Under the pieces are notes generated by a model. It saw only the letters and a list, made by a program, of their open reading frames with translations, ran no database searches and was not told where the DNA came from. From a virus (taxonomy: Duplodnaviria; Heunggongvirae; Uroviricota; Caudoviricetes), in IMG/VR virus record IMGVR_UViG_3300049460_000121, positions 203,468 to 267,467 of that record: a stretch of DNA of 64,000 nucleotides; one strand, given 5' to 3'. Positions 54,386 through 63,531 of the stretch are shown in pieces. Made by a program: the position numbers and the translations under genes. Numbering within the stretch: the stretch's first letter is position 1; every line of letters starts with the position of its first letter.

Positions 54386-54754
54386 TTATATACCGCCGAG
54401 CGGATCAGGGACGGATGACTTATGACCTACGCGCAATGCAACGCGCGCATATTGCACTTCACCGTGCTTGGTGAAAGTGTACGTTTTATCTACGGCGTTT
54501 ACGACAAGGGTCATAAGCAGCCGATTACCCGACTTATAGCCAGGCAAGTTCGGCACGTAGATTTCCAGGTGGAGCGGATTACCGTTAACGCGATGCATGA
54601 AGGCGTGGCCGGAGAACAGATCCCGAGGGGTAAGCCCGCCGAGAGTGATGTCCCCAATCTCACCATCGAAAGGGAACGGTCCGGTGCCTTCTTTGATTTC
54701 CATGCAGATCCATTCTGCACAGACTACATTCTTTTTGGCGTTATTGTTGTTCAC
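54386..54754 (-). CDS. hypothetical protein (122 aa)
   Basis: Tracked ORF. Confidence 0.45.
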   Translation of the reverse strand: MNNNNAKKNVVCAEWICMEIKEGTGPFPFDGEIGDITLGGLTPRDLFSGHAFMHRVNGNPLHLEIYVPNLPGYKSGNRLLMTLVVNAVDKTYTFTKHGEVQYARVALRVGHKSSVPDPLGGI

Positions 54755-54761
54755 ATTGATC

Positions 54762-55172
54762 TCACTGATCGCAAGAGAATTGTAGGATGAGTTCGGGTTC
54801 TTTCTGGAGCAGCATATAGACGCCTGCCACGAAGTCAGGGCCGAGGACTTCCTCAGCTGTTACGGTAGTCTGGATCAACTCATGCAGTTCTTGCACGGTG
54901 TACCAGGTACAGTTCTTCTGACCCCATTGGGTAGTCTTGACTTCGAAACCGGCTTCGCTGAAAGCCATGTTGTCGATGGCTTGTTTGAAGGTACCTGGAT
55001 AACGTCCGTTACACTCTTTGAAGTTCACGCCCACGTAGCGATCGCAGAGCATAGCTGCTTTCTCGCTGGTCGGGGCATAAGTGAAAGGTTGTTGACCAAC
55101 GCCATAATCCTCGATGATCTCGATCCCATCATCTTTCTTGCGGATTACGGTACAGCTCAGATAAGTGCCCAT
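54762..55172 (-). CDS. hypothetical protein (136 aa)
   Basis: Tracked ORF. Confidence 0.5.
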   Translation of the reverse strand: MGTYLSCTVIRKKDDGIEIIEDYGVGQQPFTYAPTSEKAAMLCDRYVGVNFKECNGRYPGTFKQAIDNMAFSEAGFEVKTTQWGQKNCTWYTVQELHELIQTTVTAEEVLGPDFVAGVYMLLQKEPELILQFSCDQ

Positions 55173-55189
55173 TACTTACTTCCTCAGTA

Positions 55190-55215
55190 TAGTGCGAGGC
55201 CCGAAGGCCCCGCGG
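55190..55215 (-). terminator. hairpin GCGAGGCC-cgaa-GGCCCCGC
   Basis: Lies between 55220..56518 and 54762..55172. Short GC stem with a GNRA-like loop. Confidence 0.4.
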
Positions 55216-55219
55216 GTAA

Positions 55220-56518
55220 TCAATCAATCACAACGTGTGGCATGAACTGTTCATCGCCCAGGTCATTCACCGCACCACCAAACTCACGGATAGCGATGCC
55301 GGCCATGGTTGCACGTTTACCGTCTTTGAATGGCTGTGGTGCCATCCAGGCGCCGACGATGAAGTTACGGTCACCGTTGACGCGGCCAGGGGCTTGATAC
55401 TCCTGGAAGATCACAGCTTCGTCACCGTAAGGACCGTCGGTACTTTCCAGAGCAACATCGATGCTGTTCAGGATAGCCACGTTGGCCGACATACGACCGA
55501 CCTTTGGCTTACGGACAACTTTGCCATTACCGCCGACCAGACTGTTGCGGTGAAGAGACGACTTCAGGAATGGCAGGCCATCGAGGCTGATGTGACCCAT
55601 GCTTTCCATCTGGGTCAGCAGAGCAAAGATACCCTTGTTCGACAGAAACCAAGTCCAGGCCGGGTTCAGCATCGCAACGTCATTACACCAGTTCTGCCAA
55701 TGCAGGATCGACTTCGAATGCGTCACCACCATCTCTTCCCACGGCACTAGCGCAAACGCACCATCCAGTACGATGTTGTATGCTTCGAACGGTTTGTCCT
55801 TACGCAGGTCTTCGTACTGCATGGCTTTCATGTCGACCATGAAGGCATTGCAATGATCGGCCAGCAACTGAGTGATGATTTCGCAGGTAGCCGAGTCGTC
55901 AATCGCATTGCTGTCGAACACCACGCCGAACGCATGATTCGTACGCAGATACATCGTCGACAGAGTTTCGGTCATCTTGGCGAACCAGTCGTTACACTGC
56001 TGATCTTCGTGCCAGTGTTGTCTGATCAGGTAATCATTCAGCGCAGTGGATTCGAAGAGCATTGTCGGCGTGTCGGCATTGAGCTCGTAGATACCAGTAA
56101 CCTTTTCAGCTACTGGATCAATTGCCAAGTCAAACCGCGAATAAAGCGGCTGGCCCAACATGTTGCGTTGCTCAAAGGTCCAGGCTGCGTAATCGATGAA
56201 AGATTCACCTGCCGGACTGCGCAGCATGTTGCAATCAAAGACCTGCTTGAGGACATCACGGTTGGCGAAAGCGAAGGTCAGCGCTTCCACCATCTTGGCG
56301 TAGGCCGCCTCACTGACCCGAGCGATTTCGTCACGCAACTTCTGACTCAACACGTAGAACGGCAGGTTACCTGCGTTCGTGATGTGGTAGTCAAACAGAT
56401 ACTTGGCGTCTTCGCTGAGTTCGCCCTTGTCGGTGTAGAACTCGTGCAGGTGGGGGAGGCTTTCAGACAACAGTTGCGGGATGTTGACTTGTACAGCTTT
56501 GCGTTCAATACGGACCAC
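55220..56518 (-). CDS. hypothetical protein (432 aa); weak, unverified resemblance to ATP-grasp/glutathionylspermidine-synthase-like enzymes
   Basis: Large tracked ORF. I could not confirm the domain call from the sequence alone. Confidence 0.5.
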   Translation of the reverse strand: MVRIERKAVQVNIPQLLSESLPHLHEFYTDKGELSEDAKYLFDYHITNAGNLPFYVLSQKLRDEIARVSEAAYAKMVEALTFAFANRDVLKQVFDCNMLRSPAGESFIDYAAWTFEQRNMLGQPLYSRFDLAIDPVAEKVTGIYELNADTPTMLFESTALNDYLIRQHWHEDQQCNDWFAKMTETLSTMYLRTNHAFGVVFDSNAIDDSATCEIITQLLADHCNAFMVDMKAMQYEDLRKDKPFEAYNIVLDGAFALVPWEEMVVTHSKSILHWQNWCNDVAMLNPAWTWFLSNKGIFALLTQMESMGHISLDGLPFLKSSLHRNSLVGGNGKVVRKPKVGRMSANVAILNSIDVALESTDGPYGDEAVIFQEYQAPGRVNGDRNFIVGAWMAPQPFKDGKRATMAGIAIREFGGAVNDLGDEQFMPHVVID

Positions 56519-56520
56519 GA

Positions 56521-57153
56521 TTAACCCCCAGACGACGAAGAGTGTGAAGCACCACGGGCGCTGGAACTACCGCTAGAGCTACCGCCCCAAATACCTGTGG
56601 ACTTGGTACTCAGTGTGGCAGCACGTAGCGCCGGAGAGCCTGGAGGCGTCGCGCTGTAGATGTTGTTGCGGTTACTGCTCATGACTGAACCAACGTAGCC
56701 GCTCGAATACGTGTTGCGGTTCTTCTTCTCGTCTTCACGGGCATAGTAGCCACTCGCCGCAGGCGGATTCTGCCGGGTATAGTTACTTGCACCACCGCTG
56801 GACAGCATATTGCCCAAGATAGCACCACCCGCCATGGCACCGACGATAGGCCAGACACTGTTCTGTACCGAATCAGGCTTCTCTGCATCCTCACGGACAA
56901 CATGTAGTTGTTTCTGACCGTTATCGTCGACGGAGTAGTACGCGTCTTTTACAGACGGGTCTTTCTCTTGTAGTTTGGCGAGGTTGTCTTTGAGGTCGGT
57001 ATCCTCTTTGGCTACCTGTGCCATGGTTTCAGCCTTCGCCGTATCTTCGACGTAAGCATCCATGTCTTTACCGCTAACCTCCTGCTCGCAGCCAGTGAGG
57101 CTCAACACCGATGTAGCGATCACCGCAGCTGCGGTAAGGTCACGCATGTTCAT
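56521..57153 (-). CDS. lipoprotein (210 aa; signal peptide with lipobox LTGC; Ser/Gly-rich C-terminal tail)
   Basis: MNMRDLTAAAVIATSVLSLTGCEQ...; low-complexity C-terminus GGSSSGSSSARGASHSSSSGG. Confidence 0.55.
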   Translation of the reverse strand: MNMRDLTAAAVIATSVLSLTGCEQEVSGKDMDAYVEDTAKAETMAQVAKEDTDLKDNLAKLQEKDPSVKDAYYSVDDNGQKQLHVVREDAEKPDSVQNSVWPIVGAMAGGAILGNMLSSGGASNYTRQNPPAASGYYAREDEKKNRNTYSSGYVGSVMSSNRNNIYSATPPGSPALRAATLSTKSTGIWGGSSSGSSSARGASHSSSSGG

Positions 57154-57159
57154 CTATCA

Positions 57160-57627
57160 TTACTCTTTGGGTGGGGTATCAAGTAAGGCGAAAGTCTCAC
57201 GGTTGCCTTTCGCGAGGATCTCATCCAGTTTAGGAGCAGCATCTTTAAACACCAACGCGGCCATGTCGTCCATGCCGTATTGTTCAAAGGTGTATTCAGG
57301 GGTGAGGAACAACCGCTCCACAAACTCAGCCGTGAAATCCTTTACCTGTTGTACACGCTTTCGGGTGAACAACTCGTCTTTCAGACGGTCGTCAGGGATG
57401 GCGTTCTTGAAGATCAGGGTGAGGTAATCCGAATGGATGTTCTCATCGAGAAACTTCACCACGATCGGATGACAACCCTTGACCTTGGTGTTCACGGTAT
57501 ACAGGGTGGTTTTACCCCAGAGGTTCTTACCCGCGCTGTTCGGGTCGAAAGCCGCATAACCGAGAACAGCATCGATATCTACGGGAGGTTCTTCATCAAA
57601 CCCCACCACCAGCATTAGAATGGCCAT
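57160..57627 (-). CDS. hypothetical protein (155 aa)
   Basis: Start at MAILMLVVGF with a perfect AGGAGG SD. Confidence 0.5.
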   Translation of the reverse strand: MAILMLVVGFDEEPPVDIDAVLGYAAFDPNSAGKNLWGKTTLYTVNTKVKGCHPIVVKFLDENIHSDYLTLIFKNAIPDDRLKDELFTRKRVQQVKDFTAEFVERLFLTPEYTFEQYGMDDMAALVFKDAAPKLDEILAKGNRETFALLDTPPKE

Positions 57628-58369
57628 GTTGCCTCCTGACACGATAAGGTTGCCATTGAGGGTTGATCATGTACCGACGTTGCATCAGGTTGGGCTCCAT
57701 CTTGATCATGGCTGGATCCAAGGAACCTTCAGGGAATCGGGTCTTCACAGAACCGCCCCACACCTCTAACGGAATAGGGGTCGACTTAGCCCGACGGAAG
57801 AACCAGATGATCATCCGACCACCAGTCCACTCGGGAGGGAAGATCAAGTGACACACCACCATCCCGCCGAAGATACCGCGGTAGGCGGTGAAGGTACTCG
57901 CCGTCCCATCAGGATCGAGGTCGATATCAAAGTCCCGATCTGTGGCACCTTTATAGCTGCTGCGGAACATGTCCTGCATCTTGCGGGTGATGTCGTTACC
58001 TGGACCGACTTCTATTTCCATCAAGACGTGTTTACCGATGAACGACCCCATCTCGGCAACCATGTCATGGCCACCGACCTTGAAGTCCTCATCAGTCCAC
58101 AAATACCCGGTTCTATCCGAATGATGGATGTGGAAATCACAGTCACCGAAACCCATGGCCTGTTCGACGGTGGTTTCGATGGCCTTGTTCAGATCGATCG
58201 GCTCATCGGTGATCCAGTAACGGACCGTCAAGAACTTTTCAGTGAGATCCTCGACCAGTTCAGCGAGAGGGTCACCATCGATCGTGATGTGTTCACTTTC
58301 ACCACACGACCTATCGATCATGCCCGACAAGAGGTAGAACCGCTCGTCGTCTTGTTGTTCTAACGCCAC
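57596..58369 (-). CDS. hypothetical protein (257 aa)
   Basis: Tracked ORF; its 3' end overlaps the next gene by about 30 nt. Confidence 0.5.
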   Translation of the reverse strand: MALEQQDDERFYLLSGMIDRSCGESEHITIDGDPLAELVEDLTEKFLTVRYWITDEPIDLNKAIETTVEQAMGFGDCDFHIHHSDRTGYLWTDEDFKVGGHDMVAEMGSFIGKHVLMEIEVGPGNDITRKMQDMFRSSYKGATDRDFDIDLDPDGTASTFTAYRGIFGGMVVCHLIFPPEWTGGRMIIWFFRRAKSTPIPLEVWGGSVKTRFPEGSLDPAMIKMEPNLMQRRYMINPQWQPYRVRRQHGHSNAGGGV

Positions 58370-58385
58370 GTTGACCTCCTCGGTC

Positions 58386-59198
58386 TTAATTGAATTTGAA
58401 GCTCTGTGCTTCGAGCTTGATCAACACCCGTTGTCCGGACTCACGGTTCCACAGCACGAACTCTTCCAGTACAGGTTTGGAGGATTCGTACATGATCTCC
58501 CAATGGGCGGTGAGGCCCAGACCGCTGCGCACCGTGTCGAGGCTGTAGGCACTTACGCCAGTCGGCACGTCTGGCATGTTGATAGCAGAGACCTTGACTT
58601 TATCCCCAGCTTCCAGTTCCTTCTCGTAGAGGCAAGGGACGCAGGAGTGTGGGATGTCATCAGGGACACTGTCTATAAATGCAAGGATGTTGCTGGGGAT
58701 ACCGGCGTCGATGACTTCGACTGCCCAGTTCTCAGACCAGCCGATGCGACGGTCTTGTTTGCGACGATGTAGGCGGATGTGATCAGCCAGCAATTGCCGA
58801 CCCCACATCAGGCCAAGGTGTTCCAGTAACGCTTCGGTTGTAGACGGTAGTGTGGCGATGTTCGCGATGGAGTTCGCGAAGTTGCTGATGTTCTTGCGGA
58901 TCTTCAGTCGATTCGCTTCGGGTGCCTTCGGTTGATCGAAAGCCGTAGACGGTGCATCATCAGGCACGCAGTCGGACATGCCGATCACGCCAAACCCTTC
59001 GAAGTACACGTACCAGGATTCCTTCCAGCCAATGCGACTGTCAGGACCGGTGTATTTAAGGCGTAGGTCTTCAGCCTTGAATTCGAACACACTGGTTGCG
59101 TTGTTGAGATGACTAACCAGTGCCGAAACGGTGGGGTCTAATTCCACCAGGGTTTCCATTGCTGCGTCTAGGCTACCGCGATGTTCACGGAATTTCAT
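58386..59198 (-). CDS. hypothetical protein (270 aa)
   Basis: Tracked ORF. Confidence 0.5.
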   Translation of the reverse strand: MKFREHRGSLDAAMETLVELDPTVSALVSHLNNATSVFEFKAEDLRLKYTGPDSRIGWKESWYVYFEGFGVIGMSDCVPDDAPSTAFDQPKAPEANRLKIRKNISNFANSIANIATLPSTTEALLEHLGLMWGRQLLADHIRLHRRKQDRRIGWSENWAVEVIDAGIPSNILAFIDSVPDDIPHSCVPCLYEKELEAGDKVKVSAINMPDVPTGVSAYSLDTVRSGLGLTAHWEIMYESSKPVLEEFVLWNRESGQRVLIKLEAQSFKFN

Positions 59199-59261
59199 GG
59201 GCGTATCCCTCTGTATAGGTGACGTGAGTGTCCAGACGATAATGTATTGCCCATTTCGGTT

Positions 59262-59310
59262 TAAAAGAAAACGGAGGAGCTGGCGCCCGAAGGCGCCGTT
59301 CCGTGTTACT
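59262..59310 (-). terminator. stereotyped terminator (TTAAAAGAAAACGG, hairpin GGCGCC-cgaa-GGCGCC with extended stem, then GTTCCGTGTTACTTG)
   Basis: Abuts the stop of 59306..60742. Confidence 0.55.
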
Positions 59311-60742
59311 TGGTGTCAGTACTGACCAACGGCGTAGCAGCGCCGAAGATAGTAGTGGCACGCGAACCGTTCCAACGCTCAGCTTCGATCAGTTGGATCA
59401 GCTGAGGGTTGTTCTTCAGAGCGTTTGCCTTGGCAACGATGGCAGAGGCTTCAGCAATACCTTTGGCGGTAATACCTTCGGATTCAGCCAGCATCTGGTT
59501 CTTCTTGGCGTCGGCTTCACCTTGCATCTTCGCGACGTAGGCCTTGGCATCAGCCAGCGCCTGTTGCTCACGATTCTTCGCTGTATCCACCGCTACGAGT
59601 GAACGCACCTTCTCTTCAATGGTCGCTTCGTACGCATCGGAGAAGTTGATGTCTTCCACCTGGACAGAAGTCACATTGACGAATGCTGGTACGCCGGCAC
59701 GGATTCGCTTGGTGAGCGCCATGACGAACGACGTACGGTCACTGGCCAATGTGGCCGCCTCGAATTGACCGAAGGCATTCTCGACTTCACTTGGGGTGAT
59801 CTTGCGGATGAACCGATCAGTCACGCCCTCAAGAGACAGTGCCGTACGGTACATATCGCCCACCAACCCAGGTTGGACAGTCCAGGTCACCGATACCCGC
59901 ATGGTAGCCGGTTGGGTATCCTTGGAATACGCCGAGAGGCTCTGGAAGCTATCCGTCCAGGTCTGGAGGCTGACGCGCTTCACTACGTGGAAGACAGGCA
60001 GCTTGATGTGGATGCCAGGCTCTTCCACCCCCACCATCTTACCGCCGGCGAGCACTATCCCGCGCTCGGTTTCGTTGATGGTGTAAATCGAGGACGCGAC
60101 CGTGCAAAGCAGGATGATCGCAATGATGGCAGCCACGACCGACTTGATCGGGTTACGCTTGATCTTCTCGAGGAAGGAGTACTTGTAGCCGGGTGTTGGT
60201 TCGAAGTTCATTGTGTCGCTTTCCTTACTGTTTGGGGTTACCACCTCGGGTTCCTCCGAGATGGGTGCTTCTTCCACCACCGCTTGTTCCGTCAGTGGGT
60301 ACTGGGGTTCAGGCGGAGGCGGAGGAGGTGCTGGCGGTATTGCGGCTACTGAAACTGGCCGCAATGGCCGTGGATCTGGTTCTGCCGGAATTTCGATCGG
60401 CTTTAGGTAGGCTGAAGTAGCCCTGCCTGGTAACCCATGAATGTGGTGTAGATCACCGAACATCATGAGTACACCACCAGACTGCATGAAGTCTGAGTAG
60501 TCCAGGTCAGGGTCCAGCCGGTTGAAGTGCTGGCTGATAGGTGGTGCTACCCACAACCGTGCACCTGATGAACGTCCGATACGGTTGTTGAACGATCTGG
60601 ACAGGTATTCTGGCCAGTTGCTCTTTTCACCGAAGTCGCTGGGGTATGTGCTCAGGACAGCATCTTCTTCTACCGTCGTCCACCATACGACCAGGGTGTT
60701 TTGTTTATCCCGCCAGCGTTGCAGCTGTTGCGAATACTCCAT
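59306..60742 (-). CDS. SPFH/band-7 (HflK/HflC-like) domain membrane protein with an about 190-aa N-terminal domain and a Pro-rich linker (478 aa)
   Basis: TM helix, then INETERGIVLAGGKMVGVEEPGIHIKLPVFHVVKRV, which matches the HflK/C core (ERGVV.RFGK...PGLHF..PF). The N-terminal half is unrelated, and the linker is PPAPPPPPPEP. Confidence 0.6.
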   Translation of the reverse strand: MEYSQQLQRWRDKQNTLVVWWTTVEEDAVLSTYPSDFGEKSNWPEYLSRSFNNRIGRSSGARLWVAPPISQHFNRLDPDLDYSDFMQSGGVLMMFGDLHHIHGLPGRATSAYLKPIEIPAEPDPRPLRPVSVAAIPPAPPPPPPEPQYPLTEQAVVEEAPISEEPEVVTPNSKESDTMNFEPTPGYKYSFLEKIKRNPIKSVVAAIIAIILLCTVASSIYTINETERGIVLAGGKMVGVEEPGIHIKLPVFHVVKRVSLQTWTDSFQSLSAYSKDTQPATMRVSVTWTVQPGLVGDMYRTALSLEGVTDRFIRKITPSEVENAFGQFEAATLASDRTSFVMALTKRIRAGVPAFVNVTSVQVEDINFSDAYEATIEEKVRSLVAVDTAKNREQQALADAKAYVAKMQGEADAKKNQMLAESEGITAKGIAEASAIVAKANALKNNPQLIQLIEAERWNGSRATTIFGAATPLVSTDTK

Positions 60743-60743
60743 C

Positions 60744-61199
60744 TCAGGACTTCTTCTCGAAGATGCGTTTGATGTGGTCGGTTTTGGTACCGACCATGTT
60801 GGCGCACAGCTTCGGCATCTGCCGTCCGACTGACTGCGGGTAAGTGTAACTATACCCGATGTCCTTCTTCACCGAATCCTCGGCCAGGATGTCGACGATG
60901 TTGGTATTGAAGCGCACAGCCAGAGCGTTACCGGCATACTTATCGTCGTTGGTGATGTCCTTCGCGATCTCGCTGGCGATGGCCGACAGGCGCGACATCT
61001 CGTCAACGCCATCCATGTACATGGTGGTGATTTTAACTGCCTGGGCGACAAAGTACTTGCAGGACAGTGGGGTGATACGGAGGCTTTCGTTAGGCAGATC
61101 GGAATCGACCTTGACGAACTTACCGCGCGGGTCTTCAGCCGCTACAGCCAGACTCGAAGCCAAACAGCTACCGAGGATAATAGCTTTAATGATGTTCAT
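60744..61199 (-). CDS. secreted/periplasmic protein (151 aa; cleavable signal peptide)
   Basis: N-terminus MNIIKAIILGSCLASSLAVAAED. Translationally coupled to the SPFH gene. Confidence 0.5.
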   Translation of the reverse strand: MNIIKAIILGSCLASSLAVAAEDPRGKFVKVDSDLPNESLRITPLSCKYFVAQAVKITTMYMDGVDEMSRLSAIASEIAKDITNDDKYAGNALAVRFNTNIVDILAEDSVKKDIGYSYTYPQSVGRQMPKLCANMVGTKTDHIKRIFEKKS

Positions 61200-61238
61200 A
61201 CTTGCGCTCTCGCATAGAGTTTAAGATTTACCACCGCA

Positions 61239-61715
61239 TCAGCAATTGCCGATACGTCCCAAAGCTTTGTGGACAGGGTCAGCAGATGCTTCGATGACTT
61301 CGAAGATGTCAACAGGTTCCAGAAGACCCACCGCTTGCGTTGACTTACGCAAACCGCTTTCGTCTTCGAGTTCTGTGTTGGCCATCAAACCCATCTTCGA
61401 CATCTTGAAGCTCATGATCGGACCGAGCATTTCTTTACTGTCGCGACGACGAACGCATTGACCGAGCTGAGGAATCCAAGGTTGGACATCCAAGCGCTCG
61501 ATCACCTTCTGGATATCGCTGACGTACTGGTTCTCATCACCCAGTACAGCGTCCTCGTTGATACTGCGCTCAAGACGAGCGATGATCTCGGAGTTCATAC
61601 TGCGGTGATGGGTACGAGCTACTTGAGCGATAAGCTCACGCATGCCGTCTGGGAGACGGACTACGAACTTGTCGGCGGTACGGCTGGAATAGACAGCTTG
61701 TTTGATCGGGCGCAT
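61239..61715 (-). CDS. Arc/MetJ-type ribbon-helix-helix DNA-binding regulator with C-terminal extension (158 aa)
   Basis: [35 protein letters not shown] matches the Arc-family RHH signature (RS.NSEI). Confidence 0.6.
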   Translation of the reverse strand: MRPIKQAVYSSRTADKFVVRLPDGMRELIAQVARTHHRSMNSEIIARLERSINEDAVLGDENQYVSDIQKVIERLDVQPWIPQLGQCVRRRDSKEMLGPIMSFKMSKMGLMANTELEDESGLRKSTQAVGLLEPVDIFEVIEASADPVHKALGRIGNC

Positions 61716-61732
61716 TGGTTGTCCTCCACGGA

Positions 61733-62077
61733 CTAGATATAAAGTTCGGTGTATTCTTCGGTGGTGCAGACCGGAATGGTCCAGGTGAAGTCTTTAAGGG
61801 TAACGGAGATCGTCGCTGCTCTGAGGCCGATTAACGCTTGCGGCATTTGTTTCTTCAGTGCATCGACAGCATGCTGGCTCAACTTCGGGTCAATGAAGAA
61901 GCCATGACTGCGATTGAGGTGCGGTTGCTTACGAATGGTTTCGGCCACGTAGGTAGCCCAATCGCGAGCACGGCGTTTCTGGTTGAAGTCTGTGACTGCG
62001 TTGTAACGCAGTACGAAGGCGGCTACGAGACCAACCAGCACCAGAACCAATATTGCGGAGATGACTGGATCAGACAT
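61733..62077 (-). CDS. small membrane protein (114 aa; N-terminal TM)
   Basis: Start at [23 protein letters not shown], preceded by AAGGAG. Confidence 0.45.
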   Translation of the reverse strand: MSDPVISAILVLVLVGLVAAFVLRYNAVTDFNQKRRARDWATYVAETIRKQPHLNRSHGFFIDPKLSQHAVDALKKQMPQALIGLRAATISVTLKDFTWTIPVCTTEEYTELYI

Positions 62078-62471
62078 CAGCTTTCTCCTTACGGTAGACG
62101 TTGTGCCACTGGTGCAAGGACTTGTAGTTGTTGTCCCGCATCTCTGTGCCGTTCCAGTCCTTGCCTTCGTGCTCGAAGTCACGATAGTGGCGCCAGATGA
62201 AGTTGGCAATGGCACGACTGCGGAAGCGACCTTCGGTGCAGTGAACCACGATGTTGTCGCCCGCTTCGTGAGCACGTTCCACGAACTCGCAGATACGCTG
62301 GCAAACGATATCAGGGATACGAGCATCGGGTTCCACGGTTACGTCGTAGACTTCCTTATGGTCAATACCCAGACGAGCGTAGTTGCTGTGACCAAAGCCC
62401 ACTCGCAAAACGCGAGCAGGTTCTGTCAACGCGACGGCGGCTTCCACCGACATGAATTGTACTGTTGGCAT
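62070..62471 (-). CDS. protein-tyrosine/dual-specificity phosphatase-like protein (133 aa; CX5R motif VHCTEGRFRS)
   Basis: PTP signature HC.{5}R(S/T). Confidence 0.55.
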   Translation of the reverse strand: MPTVQFMSVEAAVALTEPARVLRVGFGHSNYARLGIDHKEVYDVTVEPDARIPDIVCQRICEFVERAHEAGDNIVVHCTEGRFRSRAIANFIWRHYRDFEHEGKDWNGTEMRDNNYKSLHQWHNVYRKEKADV

Positions 62472-62480
62472 ATTGCTTCC

Positions 62481-63458
62481 TTAGTAATGAACGTCTACTA
62501 CAGAGACGATGGTGTCTTCACTCAGCGCTTCCAAAGCGTCCAAGCCTTTGTGAAGATGTTCTTCAGTGGCCATGAGGTCATCGGTGTCGTACACCACACC
62601 ACCCACGATCCAGGCGGACAGGGTTTTAGCCTTCAATGGACCGAGTCGTTCCAGCAACGCGTCACTGAACCGGTGTTCTTCCATGGAGAAGACGCCTAAG
62701 TCAGGAAACCCGTGGTCAGCCCGCAGCGAATCGATGAACTTGCGGAAACTCAGGTACACGTCAAGCCAGCGACCTTTAATGTACCCGTCGATAGCCTCGG
62801 GCCCAACCTGATCCATTAACCCTGGGTACATCTGGTGGAAGTATTCACGGAAGGTAGGAACAACGATACCCTTCTCAGCCAATGCTTTACGCATGTTGAT
62901 CGCAGCTTCCTCAACCGCAGGAATCTCAGCACCCATCCGCTCCCAATCCACTTCACGAACCGGTAGGGACGACCAAGTACCAGGCTCGTTATCGGAACAT
63001 GGAATACCCGCAGCCAGAGCAGCCAGTGTCAGCTTGGGCATACCGCCGACATGGGCATCCAAGGTATCGGGTTCCTTGGCCTTCAGGTAAGTGTTCCAGC
63101 GACCACCAGGTACCCACCAGTCCCACAGCCCTTTACGATGAACCGTATACAGGCAGTAGTCATGATCCTTCTTGTAGGTCAGGACATAACTGGCTGGACC
63201 AAAGTCAACGTGCCAGGGTGGAGTGGCATCAGCTTCCGGCATGACGATGAACGAATCGAGGAAGTCTTTACCGACCCGACTCTCCACGCTCTGGATCATG
63301 TCCATGATTTGGTGGAGCATGATGCCAGCCGCGGTACTGGCTGGGAACCGATGACAAAGGATCAGGTCGCATGGACCATCTTCTTCGCCGTATTTACCGA
63401 GTAACATCATCAGTGACGGACGGTCTTCTGGACCGTAGACCATAATTCCCCTATGCAT
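62481..63458 (-). CDS. hypothetical protein (325 aa)
   Basis: Start at MHRGIMVYG, preceded by AGGAG. Confidence 0.5.
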   Translation of the reverse strand: MHRGIMVYGPEDRPSLMMLLGKYGEEDGPCDLILCHRFPASTAAGIMLHQIMDMIQSVESRVGKDFLDSFIVMPEADATPPWHVDFGPASYVLTYKKDHDYCLYTVHRKGLWDWWVPGGRWNTYLKAKEPDTLDAHVGGMPKLTLAALAAGIPCSDNEPGTWSSLPVREVDWERMGAEIPAVEEAAINMRKALAEKGIVVPTFREYFHQMYPGLMDQVGPEAIDGYIKGRWLDVYLSFRKFIDSLRADHGFPDLGVFSMEEHRFSDALLERLGPLKAKTLSAWIVGGVVYDTDDLMATEEHLHKGLDALEALSEDTIVSVVDVHY

Positions 63459-63460
63459 AG

Positions 63461-63525
63461 AGGTGCTCCTGGGTGAGGGTGTTGTCTGTATAATAATGTA
63501 GCATTGTAAAGTTTTACTCGACGAA
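63461..63525 (-). promoter_or_regulatory. degenerate copy of the promoter-like motif (minus reading ...GCTACATTATTATACAGACAACACCCTCACCCAGGAG)
   Basis: Shares the ACACCCTCA C-rich tail with the copy at 38321. Immediately downstream of the terminator at 63532. Confidence 0.35.
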
Positions 63526-63531
63526 AATGGC

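Noticed and set aside
55220-56518. Glutathionylspermidine synthase/ATP-grasp assignment
   Set aside because: I had only a vague memory-based resemblance and could not point to a diagnostic motif, so I mention it as unverified in the feature call.
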